A stretch of DNA of 64,000 nucleotides from Bacteroidia bacterium (GTDB taxonomy: Bacteria > Bacteroidota > Bacteroidia > NS11-12g > UBA9320), in assembly GCA_020053795.1 (NCBI GenBank), contig JAGVMN010000006.1, positions 1,192 through 65,191 of the forward strand, in the 5' to 3' direction. A model generated the notes under the pieces. The model did no database searches, was not told the origin of the DNA, and saw only the letters and a program-made list of their open reading frames with translations. Position numbers and translations under genes: made by a program. Shown one piece after another: positions 49,394 through 57,244 of the stretch. The stretch's first letter is position 1; the number at the start of each line of letters is the position of its first letter.

Positions 49394-50424
49394 ATTGAGT
49401 AAGAGTAAAGCCCTCCGCTGGTGAATTCATAAGGCCTCAAATGGCCTTCGAAAGATTTGATGGCCTCAATAACGCTGAATCGCGAATTGCCCGGGCAATA
49501 GAAAATAAAAAAACCACCGCCACCTGCTCCAGAAATTTTGCCCCCCTTAGCCCCGGCCTTCAAAGCGGCCTCATACAAAGCTTCAATAGGGGGATTGGAG
49601 ATACCCAAGGCAATAAGCTTTTTATGCTCCCAGCCAAATTGAAGAATCTCGCCTATTTTGTCCACCTGACCGGTCAGAAGTGCCTCTTTCATCATCACTG
49701 ATTGTTCCTTCAGTTTGTGGGTGGCTTCTATGGCAGGCATATCCTTTCCCTGTATGTTCTGCGTTTGTTTCTTGATAATCTCTGCACTATGTCTGCTTTT
49801 GCCGGTGTAAAACAATAACAGGTTGTTTTGAAGTTCGTTCACATATTTCTGTTTGATCCGCAGTGGATTTACGATCACTTTATCATCGTGGTAAAACTCC
49901 ATAAAATTGAAACCGCCAAATGTAGCGGCGTATTGGTCTTGTCTCCCGCCAGACAAACCGATATCAATTCTTTCAATTTCATAAGCCAGACGGGCGATAT
50001 CATATTCCCCCAAAGGAAGTTTTAACCATTCCGTGAAAACACCTAAAACGGCCACTACCAAGGTTGAAGATGAGCCAAGGCCCGAACCGGCAGGTGCATC
50101 CACATAGGTAGTCAATCTGAAAGACAAGGGATTCAGTTTAAAATCCTTGACAACTCTGTTGTAAACGCCTTTCAATAAATCCAGTTCGCCGTCAAGCGGT
50201 AGAGAATTGCTGCTCTCAAAAACCGGTTTTTTGTTGTGATCAATAGACTGAAGTTCAATCTTGCCATTGTCCAGAGGCTCTATTGTTGCATAGGCATACA
50301 TGTTGATTGTGGCGTTGAGAATGGAACCACCATACAGGTCGCAATAGGGGCTTACATCTGTACCGCCACCGGCCAGTCCTATTCTAAGTGGAGCCTTGCT
50401 TCTGTAAATCATAACTTTCGCCAA
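49390..50424 (-). CDS. hddA: GHMP-family sugar kinase, D-glycero-alpha-D-manno-heptose 7-phosphate kinase-like
   Basis: GHMP motif PAGSGLGSSSTLVVA. The N-terminus SKAPLRIGLAGGGTDVSPY is characteristic of HddA-type kinases. Confidence 0.7.
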   Translation of the reverse strand: MAKVMIYRSKAPLRIGLAGGGTDVSPYCDLYGGSILNATINMYAYATIEPLDNGKIELQSIDHNKKPVFESSNSLPLDGELDLLKGVYNRVVKDFKLNPLSFRLTTYVDAPAGSGLGSSSTLVVAVLGVFTEWLKLPLGEYDIARLAYEIERIDIGLSGGRQDQYAATFGGFNFMEFYHDDKVIVNPLRIKQKYVNELQNNLLLFYTGKSRHSAEIIKKQTQNIQGKDMPAIEATHKLKEQSVMMKEALLTGQVDKIGEILQFGWEHKKLIALGISNPPIEALYEAALKAGAKGGKISGAGGGGFFIFYCPGNSRFSVIEAIKSFEGHLRPYEFTSGGLYSYSI

Positions 50425-50580
50425 AAGTACAACATGGGTTTCAACCTTAAAACTTTCAGGACGTATTGATTGAATTTATTGAAAAGTCAATGATTTTCTG
50501 CACGCATTTTTTTTTGGTTGATTTGCCTTTGACCACGGTAAAAACTATTATTGCACTCTTTTCAACAAAAGTGATTTTTT

Positions 50581-50654
50581 GGCGGGGTAGCTCAGATGGT
50601 TAGAGCGTAGGATTCATAACCCTAAGGTCGGCAGTTCGATTCTGCTCCCCGCTA
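50581..50654 (+). tRNA. tRNA with CAT anticodon (Met, or Ile2 if lysidine-modified); no encoded CCA
   Basis: Cloverleaf: acceptor GGCGGGG/CCCCGCT (G1-U72 wobble), D arm GCTC-AGATGGTTA-GAGC, anticodon loop TTCATAA, T arm GGCAG-TTCGATT-CTGCT. Distinguishing Met from Ile2 needs tRNAscan or identity rules. Confidence 0.88.
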
Positions 50655-50821
50655 CTTCTGCAAAGGTTAATCAATAAAGACTTTCATGAATTTTTGTATT
50701 TCAAATGTTCTGTTTAGATACAACATAGGTACAACAAATAGAACTTTTCCTGTTTCATGTTTGAATCTTTCACTCCTGTGGAAACAATCACGGTAATGCT
50801 TTTTATGGATAAAAACCTTCT

Positions 50822-51215
50822 TTAACAAAACCTACTCTTTGCTTGAGAGGAAGAATCACATGATGAAATGGGGTCTGTTGCCGACACAGTATAATGTAAC
50901 ACTACAGATTTTTCGTCGGCCGGCCCGGGTTGTATCACCTGCACATTGTATGATGTGTAGTTGGTTATCCAGCCCATATCGTAGCTGTTCACGGTCATGT
51001 TTCGCTGATAAAGTACGGCATCGTCCTGTATCAATCCAATTCTGCTGCTGCCATAGAGGTGCAGTTCGTTCAGCTTCAGCCGCTCTATCACATCGTTATT
51101 GCCCAGTTCTTCGCAGGTCATGGTGTAGGTGGCCATCAGGTTGCCACCCGCGTCGCGAATATACCATGTTGTTGTGACAGTTGATGATACGGTAACCTTT
51201 TCTTGATCCGTTGTC
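50822..51215 (-). pseudogene. Rhs/YD-repeat remnant (5'- and 3'-truncated)
   Basis: It encodes ..TWYIRDAGGNL-MATYTMTCEELGNNDVIERLKLNELHLYGSSRIGLIQDDAVLYQRNMTVNSYD.., about 90% identical to the start of the 472-aa toxin ORF. After ..QPGPADEKS it runs into 27 unrelated codons and a stop. The frame opens just after a TAA, so there is no upstream Rhs shell. Confidence 0.7.
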
Positions 51216-51269
51216 CGGAACCATTATTGGCAATGGTCAAGGTTGGAGAAAAACACCAACCTTTGGGCA
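50907..51269. repeat. direct repeat copy 1 (363 bp)
   Basis: It aligns without indels to 58417-58779. I count 27 mismatches (~93% identity) and the last 31 nt are identical. Confidence 0.9.
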
Positions 51270-51922
51270 GAGAAATACCCATTATTGTTCTACAACCTGA
51301 GCAATTGAATTTCCTGATCAATAACGAGCCATTTCAGAATTCTTTACCCGGGTTTTTAAAAAGGACTAAAGACTTTTTTGTTTTTGGTTGCACCGTTGGT
51401 TTGCGGGTGAGTGATATGAAAGCTTTGAAAAAAAGCAATCTTGAGATCGCAGATAATAACTGGTACTTGAAAGTTCACTCAAAAAAGACCGGTAAATTCA
51501 CCAAAATCAAATTGCCCGAATATGCTATTGATATCATAAAGAGAAACCAAAACAGGAGCACTTTTTTGTTTCCTCCAAAGAGTAATGTAAATTTGAACAA
51601 GCATATTCAAACAATCATGGCAATGGCCGGTTGGGACCATACATTTACCAAAACAAGAATGCGTAGAGACAAACCGGTAGAAATATACAAGAATGCTCAA
51701 AAAAGAGAGCATTACCGCTTTTGCGATTTGGTGACTACTCACACTATGCGAAGAACGGCTATTACCACGTTATTGAGTCTGGGAATTGACGAACCTTCTG
51801 TGCGAAAAATAAGCGGACATGCACCAGGGAGTGTTGAGTTTTATAAGTACGTGAAATTCCACCAACAAAACCTCGATGAAAAGACCGATCTGGCATTCGA
51901 AAAATTGACCAAAATGAGCTAA
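51233..51922 (+). CDS. compact tyrosine site-specific recombinase (catalytic domain only, ~229 aa)
   Basis: The catalytic residues occur in order: R (GLRVSD), HxxR (HTMRRTAIT), GH (ISGHAP), Y (VEFYKYV). The track ORF begins at TTG 51203; the first ATG is at 51233. There is no N-terminal SAM/arm-binding domain, so it is either FimB/FimE-sized or a 5'-truncated integrase. Confidence 0.75.
   Translation: MVKVGEKHQPLGREIPIIVLQPEQLNFLINNEPFQNSLPGFLKRTKDFFVFGCTVGLRVSDMKALKKSNLEIADNNWYLKVHSKKTGKFTKIKLPEYAIDIIKRNQNRSTFLFPPKSNVNLNKHIQTIMAMAGWDHTFTKTRMRRDKPVEIYKNAQKREHYRFCDLVTTHTMRRTAITTLLSLGIDEPSVRKISGHAPGSVEFYKYVKFHQQNLDEKTDLAFEKLTKMS
51239..51263. other. 8-9-8 inverted repeat AAGGTTGG-agaaaaaca-CCAACCTT, candidate tyrosine-recombinase core site (copy 1)
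   Basis: The arms are perfect 8-bp inverted repeats with a 9-nt asymmetric spacer. The site lies 6 nt from the point where the two repeat copies diverge and covers codons 3-11 of the recombinase ORF. Confidence 0.35.
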
Positions 51923-51933
51923 AAAAGTAAAAA

Positions 51934-52980
51934 ATGGTCAATTTAAGACATAGCTCAAATTCCTATCATCAGTGCATAAACCTGAGTTCGGATTACTATC
52001 CTTTCGGGATGAACATGCCAGGCCGATCTTATTCAGGCTCTGCCTATAAATACGGGTTTAACGGACAGGAGCAGGATGACGAAGTTTCGGGGACTGGGAA
52101 TAGCTACACGGCTGAATTTTGGCAGTATGATAGTAGGTTGGGGAGAAGATTTAATACGGATCCTGTAGTAATAGCTTATTTAAGCCCCTACAATTGCTTC
52201 CAAAATAGCCCTATTGAGTATAGTGACCCCGATGGCGATTTTGTCGTTGCCGGAATAGTTGGATTTTTTAAAGGTGCATTTAGAAAGAGTAGTAAACGTG
52301 AGTTTGAAGGCGGTTGGTTTAAAGAGGCCAGGAACGAGAGTGTTCGGCATATGGCAAATTCTATTAATATTTATGCTGGAATATTTGCAGTGGATAGGAG
52401 AAGAGGATTTTTTCATGGCGTCTATCAGATATTGTCAAGGTTGACATGGGAATTGCCTCAAACAATCTATTCCCTTATATACGCTCAAAGCTTCAACATA
52501 TTCGGACATGTTCATAAAGTAGGTTATCAGAGTGGAGCCACCTACCTGTATGCTCCTGATTCACGAGGTCCTTATATGGTTGGAAATGTAATTATTGGAC
52601 AAGATGCAACTGGTGAGGTTGGAGACCTGACTCAGCAGTATTGGCAAGGAAAACAGCGAAACAGCAGGATTCTTGGACCCCTTTATTTTATACACGAAAT
52701 GTTAGAAGGACGGGAGTGGCTTCTTAATCGCATTGGTCCAATCCGTGAATGGATTGATAAGTCAGGTTTTATTGTTTCTGGTAAGGTTCAAGGTTTTAGG
52801 TATAAAGGAGCAAGAGTTCAGGCAGGTCTTTTTACATATAACGACATTGCAAGAATGTCAAGAGCAAGGTATCATATTATTATTCATAGGCGTATTAATC
52901 AGGACGGTACGGTTTATGGTTATTACCGAGATGCACTGTTCTTAAAAAACCGTAGGATAATGAGAGTTGGGCACAAATAG
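51934..52980 (+). CDS. orphan Rhs C-terminal fragment: end of Rhs core + unassigned ~245-aa toxin domain
   Basis: A stop lies 1 codon upstream of the ATG. The core end DYYPFGMNMPGRSYSGSAYKYGFNGQEQDDEVSGTGNSYTAEFWQYDSRLGRRFNTDP...YSDPDGDF (DPxG-type demarcation) is followed by unrelated sequence. Confidence 0.75.
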   Translation: MVNLRHSSNSYHQCINLSSDYYPFGMNMPGRSYSGSAYKYGFNGQEQDDEVSGTGNSYTAEFWQYDSRLGRRFNTDPVVIAYLSPYNCFQNSPIEYSDPDGDFVVAGIVGFFKGAFRKSSKREFEGGWFKEARNESVRHMANSINIYAGIFAVDRRRGFFHGVYQILSRLTWELPQTIYSLIYAQSFNIFGHVHKVGYQSGATYLYAPDSRGPYMVGNVIIGQDATGEVGDLTQQYWQGKQRNSRILGPLYFIHEMLEGREWLLNRIGPIREWIDKSGFIVSGKVQGFRYKGARVQAGLFTYNDIARMSRARYHIIIHRRINQDGTVYGYYRDALFLKNRRIMRVGHK

Positions 52981-52988
52981 CAATAAAC

Positions 52989-53711
52989 ATGAGAAAATGC
53001 GAACTAAGCATATTGACCTTGTTATTGGTTGTTGGGTGCCATCCAATTAACTCAGGAATATTTGTTACAAACCAACTCACTCAACCAATTGTAATAGAGT
53101 ATCATGCGTTTAACGGCAAATATTTTGTGGGTATTGACAAGGAATATTCCAGAAAGGATAAAGATGCCGGTTTGCTTTACAATCCATTGCTCTGCAATAG
53201 ATGTGAAATAATTCACAAAGGAGATTCAAAAGTAATCGTAATCCTGCCCCCAAAGGATAGTGTTATTATTTCTGGTTCAAAAACAAGTTACCATTATCCA
53301 GGAGATGTTTTAGTGATAGGTGAAATGAAAGTATATTCTTTAGAATCAGACCAGAACTATCCTGCGGGATTTGAAATTTTGAATCACCTTGAACCTTTTG
53401 GAAACAATAAAATTATTTCTATTGATAGTTCCAATTTTAAAACAATTTCCATTCCAGACAGTTTTAATTACCCTTGTATGAGAATTAATAAAGGCATTCT
53501 GGACACTAATAACTCTTATTTCACAGATGTAACCTTCTGTAGACTTGAAAATGACAGCATACGATTCACAGAATATGCAAGTTGGATAAGGATGAGAACG
53601 AATGTTAATTATAGAGTTTATCATGAGTATTATTATCAGATGCAAAGAGATGCTTGGGTAGAAATTTTCCCACATGAGCCAAGAAAAATTATGGTTCCTA
53701 AAAGACCTTAG
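52989..53711 (+). CDS. putative cognate immunity protein (lipoprotein)
   Basis: It starts 8 nt after the toxin stop and has a signal peptide with a Cys (LTLLLVVGCHP). The sequence is AT-rich and I recognised no family. The role is inferred from position. Confidence 0.5.
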   Translation: MRKCELSILTLLLVVGCHPINSGIFVTNQLTQPIVIEYHAFNGKYFVGIDKEYSRKDKDAGLLYNPLLCNRCEIIHKGDSKVIVILPPKDSVIISGSKTSYHYPGDVLVIGEMKVYSLESDQNYPAGFEILNHLEPFGNNKIISIDSSNFKTISIPDSFNYPCMRINKGILDTNNSYFTDVTFCRLENDSIRFTEYASWIRMRTNVNYRVYHEYYYQMQRDAWVEIFPHEPRKIMVPKRP

Positions 53712-53864
53712 CTCAAGCCATTCTGCTTAATTTACATGTACAAGTGTAATTCGCTCCGCCAAGCGAACAATTCTCAAGACAGCTGGGGGCAGTACTTTTC
53801 TATCAAAACAGTATCACATTCCTTAAATAATTTTCCTATCTTGCCTCCTTAAATTCTCATCGGT

Positions 53865-56519
53865 ATGAACTCTAAACTTACACTGATTATCGGTCTCTCA
53901 TTTTTTCTATTTATTCCATTTTCTGAGGCCCAAACCAATATAAACGGCGGCAATGTATCCGGCACTTGGACCAAGGCAGGAAGCCCGTACCTGGTGAAAG
54001 GAGACATTACCATACCCAATGACTCTACGCTGAACATTGGTGTGGGGGTAATTGTAGATTTTAAAGGAACCTATACCCTCAGAGTACAAGGCCGGATATT
54101 GGCCATTGGCAAAAGTGGGGATTCAGTGGTTTTTACTGCCGCTGCCTCCAACTGGCGAGGCATCCGTTTTGAGCGAACACCAAAGACCAATGACACCTCA
54201 CGGTTTGAGTACTGCATTATAGAAAAAAGCAATGTTGAGGGATTATCTGATACACTAAAACGTGGTGGCGGATTGTATATACAGGAATTTTCGAAAGTGG
54301 TGATAGAGAATAGTCAGATAAGAAACAACAAGGCCACTCATGGGGCGGGCATCTACCTTACTGGGAAATTAAACGAATTAAGTAGACTGAGGATTAGTAA
54401 CTCACAAATTATAAGGAATGCTTCTTACCAAGGTGGTGGTGGTTTTTTTGTTAATTATTATGGTCAACTGGACATATACAACTGTGATATTTCGAATAAT
54501 GCTTGTACTGACTATAAAGGAGGGGGAGTTTACCTTTCATACAACTCTGTTCTCAATATGGACAATTGTCGCATTGAAAAGAATATACTTATGAATCAAG
54601 TAGGAGGAGATGGAGCAGGACTTGATATTGAATATTACTCCGAAGGGAAAATCAGGAATTGTTTGATAAGAGAAAATTCAGCAGGAGGCTCAGGTGCTGT
54701 AAATATTGAAGAATACTGTCATCTAAGTTTTGAAAATTGCTTAATTTCAGGCAATCAAAGCACATTTAAGAGTAAAGCACCTAAAGGAACTGGCGTTGTC
54801 ATTTACAAGTTCTGCGATGTGATATTCCATAATTGTGACATTGTAAATAACACCAAAAATGCCTTTCCATCCACTTCAGTGGCAGTTTCTATATCTACTG
54901 GTTGCAATCCTATTTTTACCAACTGTAGAATCATGAACAACACAGGAATCGGAATCACCTTCAATGATTTCTCAACTACTAAAATGATAAATTGTATTCT
55001 AGCCAATAATGGGGGTGCAGATGGTATCAATTCTCAAACTGATTTTTATAACTGTGTTTTCGCCAACAATGTCGAAACTGAAATTGACGGAAGTGGTTTT
55101 ATTATTAGCAGTAATTGCAATTTCTATAATTGTATTTTCACCGGAAGCAGAGATAAAAACAATCAAAAGACTCAGATTGCAATTTACTCTTTGAGTGCCA
55201 AACCCAACTTCTACAATTGCATCATTGATGGAGATAGTGCAGGGTTTATCGGTATTGGGGCTCATGGGAACTTTAAAGGGGTTTACATCAACAATATGGA
55301 CGTTGACCCACAGTTTGTAAATCCCACTGTCGGGGCAGGGCCGTCCTTTGACGCCACCAAAGCAGACTGGAGCCTTAAAAATACCTGCATTGGTGTTTCC
55401 CCGGCTCTCAACAGGGGTACCATACAATTCGCTGGAGGGTTTAAGTTACCTGCAACTGATTTTGCCGGAAGTCCCAGAGTTTCGGCGGATACCGTTGATA
55501 TTGGGCCTTACGAAATTCAATACCCTAAAGACCGCATCAGCAAAAAGCCAAATGTCGGGGCTTTCACCGGTTTATGCGAAGCAAGTGACACGACATTGCG
55601 ACTGAATATGCAAGCCTCCAATCCTGTTTGGGAATGGCAACGAAGCACCAATCAGGGCAACAACTGGACATTTTATAGTGTTTCATCGGATTTGTCTCTA
55701 AAAGGAGTGAAAGCCCAGGACAGCAATCTGTACTATCGGGCTCTTATTACAGCAGATTGCGGATTGAAAGACACCTTTCAAACGGTCTTGAAAGTGTTCC
55801 TTCCTGCACCGCTTGATCTGGGTGCTGATACAGCATCTTGTTCAGGAAAAACTGTAACCCTGCAAAACAAGTATGCCCCTGTTTTAGGAAATGTTTATTT
55901 GTGGAGTAACAGCCAGCCTTCACAAAGCATACAGGTAACACCACCACAAGCCACCAAATATTCCCTGAAAATCACAACGCCGGATGGCTGTATCTCCCTC
56001 GACAGCTTATGGGTAAAGGTTGGCAATAACCCTGTTGTTTTCATAGGTAATGACACGTCTATTTATCTGACAGAATCATTGTTGTTAAAAGCTCCTATTG
56101 GACACCCCCGCTATCTTTGGAGCGACAACAGCAACAAGAATACCCTCACCCTGAATGGTGCTTCCCTAGGAAAAGGGCAATACAATGTTTGGGTATTGGT
56201 GCATGACAGCATCGGTTGCAGTGCCTCGGACACGCTGAACCTGACTGTGAAAAACGTAGGAATCACATACCTCGGACTTCCGGCATTTATTTCCATCTAT
56301 CCCAATCCGGCAAAGGAAAAGCTGATGATTGATCTTTCGGGTTATCAGGGTTCCGAATCGCTTGCGATCACTCTGCGAGACCTCAACGGGTCGGCGTTGC
56401 AAACCTGGGAGTTGACGAATTCTGCGGAAATTGATCTTTCTTCAATTTCAAAAGGGTTGTACCTTTTTGAAGTTAAGACTTCAGAGGGGAGTGGTTTTAG
56501 CAGGTTGGTGGTGGAGTAA
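53865..56519 (+). CDS. right-handed parallel beta-helix repeat protein with Ig-like modules and T9SS type A C-terminal sorting domain
   Basis: Signal peptide MNSKLTLIIGLSFFLFIPFSEAQ. About 12 PbH1-like turns are present (NSQIRNNKATHGAGIY, NCDISNNACTDYKGGGVY, NCLIRENSAGGSGAV, NCRIMNNTGIGI, NCILANNGGADGI ...). The C-terminal tail is IYPNPAKEKLMIDL...LRDLNGSAL...KGLYLFEVKT. Confidence 0.8.
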   Translation: MNSKLTLIIGLSFFLFIPFSEAQTNINGGNVSGTWTKAGSPYLVKGDITIPNDSTLNIGVGVIVDFKGTYTLRVQGRILAIGKSGDSVVFTAAASNWRGIRFERTPKTNDTSRFEYCIIEKSNVEGLSDTLKRGGGLYIQEFSKVVIENSQIRNNKATHGAGIYLTGKLNELSRLRISNSQIIRNASYQGGGGFFVNYYGQLDIYNCDISNNACTDYKGGGVYLSYNSVLNMDNCRIEKNILMNQVGGDGAGLDIEYYSEGKIRNCLIRENSAGGSGAVNIEEYCHLSFENCLISGNQSTFKSKAPKGTGVVIYKFCDVIFHNCDIVNNTKNAFPSTSVAVSISTGCNPIFTNCRIMNNTGIGITFNDFSTTKMINCILANNGGADGINSQTDFYNCVFANNVETEIDGSGFIISSNCNFYNCIFTGSRDKNNQKTQIAIYSLSAKPNFYNCIIDGDSAGFIGIGAHGNFKGVYINNMDVDPQFVNPTVGAGPSFDATKADWSLKNTCIGVSPALNRGTIQFAGGFKLPATDFAGSPRVSADTVDIGPYEIQYPKDRISKKPNVGAFTGLCEASDTTLRLNMQASNPVWEWQRSTNQGNNWTFYSVSSDLSLKGVKAQDSNLYYRALITADCGLKDTFQTVLKVFLPAPLDLGADTASCSGKTVTLQNKYAPVLGNVYLWSNSQPSQSIQVTPPQATKYSLKITTPDGCISLDSLWVKVGNNPVVFIGNDTSIYLTESLLLKAPIGHPRYLWSDNSNKNTLTLNGASLGKGQYNVWVLVHDSIGCSASDTLNLTVKNVGITYLGLPAFISIYPNPAKEKLMIDLSGYQGSESLAITLRDLNGSALQTWELTNSAEIDLSSISKGLYLFEVKTSEGSGFSRLVVE

Positions 56520-56584
56520 AACTCATACTTGATGTATTCCTTTTTACACATTTAAGGGAGTTACAAGGACAACAAAAAGGTTGG

Positions 56585-57244
56585 CTAAAATCGAAAAACA
56601 CCTAGTTTGTTTCTCAGTTTTAGATCATTATCAAGTAACCAATTAAATCTTTCTTTCCAATAATCGTTGACCAATAATTTATATTTGTTTAATAATTCAA
56701 ACTCGTCTGATTTCGCTTGATCTTGAACTATCAAATCAAGAATTATGATTGAACATTCAATCCAAGAATCTGGGTTAAATTTGAAAATATATTCTTTTAA
56801 TTTCTGAAGGGAATTCAGTGATTCAACTACTCTCAAGAGTTCTACAACATCAGCCATGAGTTTCGTCAGGGTTTTATTATCTAGCCCAATATCACTATTC
56901 AACCCATAATAGAAACTCCTTTTTAACATCCTCTGACCGTCAATTAAACAAATCCGATTATTCAGTGAAATTTTCTCTTTGACCTTCTGACTATACAATT
57001 TAGAAGAAACCTCCGTAATTATTCCAAAGGAAAGCGAAAACTGAAGATCTATGTCAGAGGAGCTTTTATAATTTATTTCAAGATCAGAATATAAATAAAC
57101 CTCATTGACCCTCTTAAATAAGCCTTTGCCTTTTTTTGAAAAGCCAAGTTCTGTTAGAAAAGCTGAATATCTTTTCTTGACTTTCAAGAATTCGATTTTA
57201 AGTTCATTCATTGAATTCTGGGATTTTTTTTCAATAAAGTTCAT
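56585..57244 (-). CDS. putative cognate immunity protein (cytoplasmic)
   Basis: ATG 57244 overlaps the toxin stop by 14 nt (the track start GTG 57289 is also possible). It has no signal peptide and is very AT-rich: the two 60-nt lines I counted are 18% and 32% GC. Confidence 0.5.
   Translation of the reverse strand: MNFIEKKSQNSMNELKIEFLKVKKRYSAFLTELGFSKKGKGLFKRVNEVYLYSDLEINYKSSSDIDLQFSLSFGIITEVSSKLYSQKVKEKISLNNRICLIDGQRMLKRSFYYGLNSDIGLDNKTLTKLMADVVELLRVVESLNSLQKLKEYIFKFNPDSWIECSIIILDLIVQDQAKSDEFELLNKYKLLVNDYWKERFNWLLDNDLKLRNKLGVFRF

Noticed and set aside
50655-50821. Search for an attR-type direct repeat of the tRNA 3' end to delimit a classical tRNA-integrated island
   Set aside because: By eye I found no second copy of the TTCGATTCTGCTCCCCGC segment in the intergenic gaps at 53712-53864, 56520-56584, 62141-62325 or 63766-64000. 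The tRNA is therefore only a landmark and the island's right boundary stays undefined. A computational word search should confirm this.
50839-51177. 112-aa plus-strand ORF, and its twins at 58415..58687 and 58440..58682
   Set aside because: They are antisense shadows of the Rhs-fragment coding sequence in the two 363-bp repeats. They recur only because the repeat recurs, and the minus frame carries the recognisable YD-repeat sequence.
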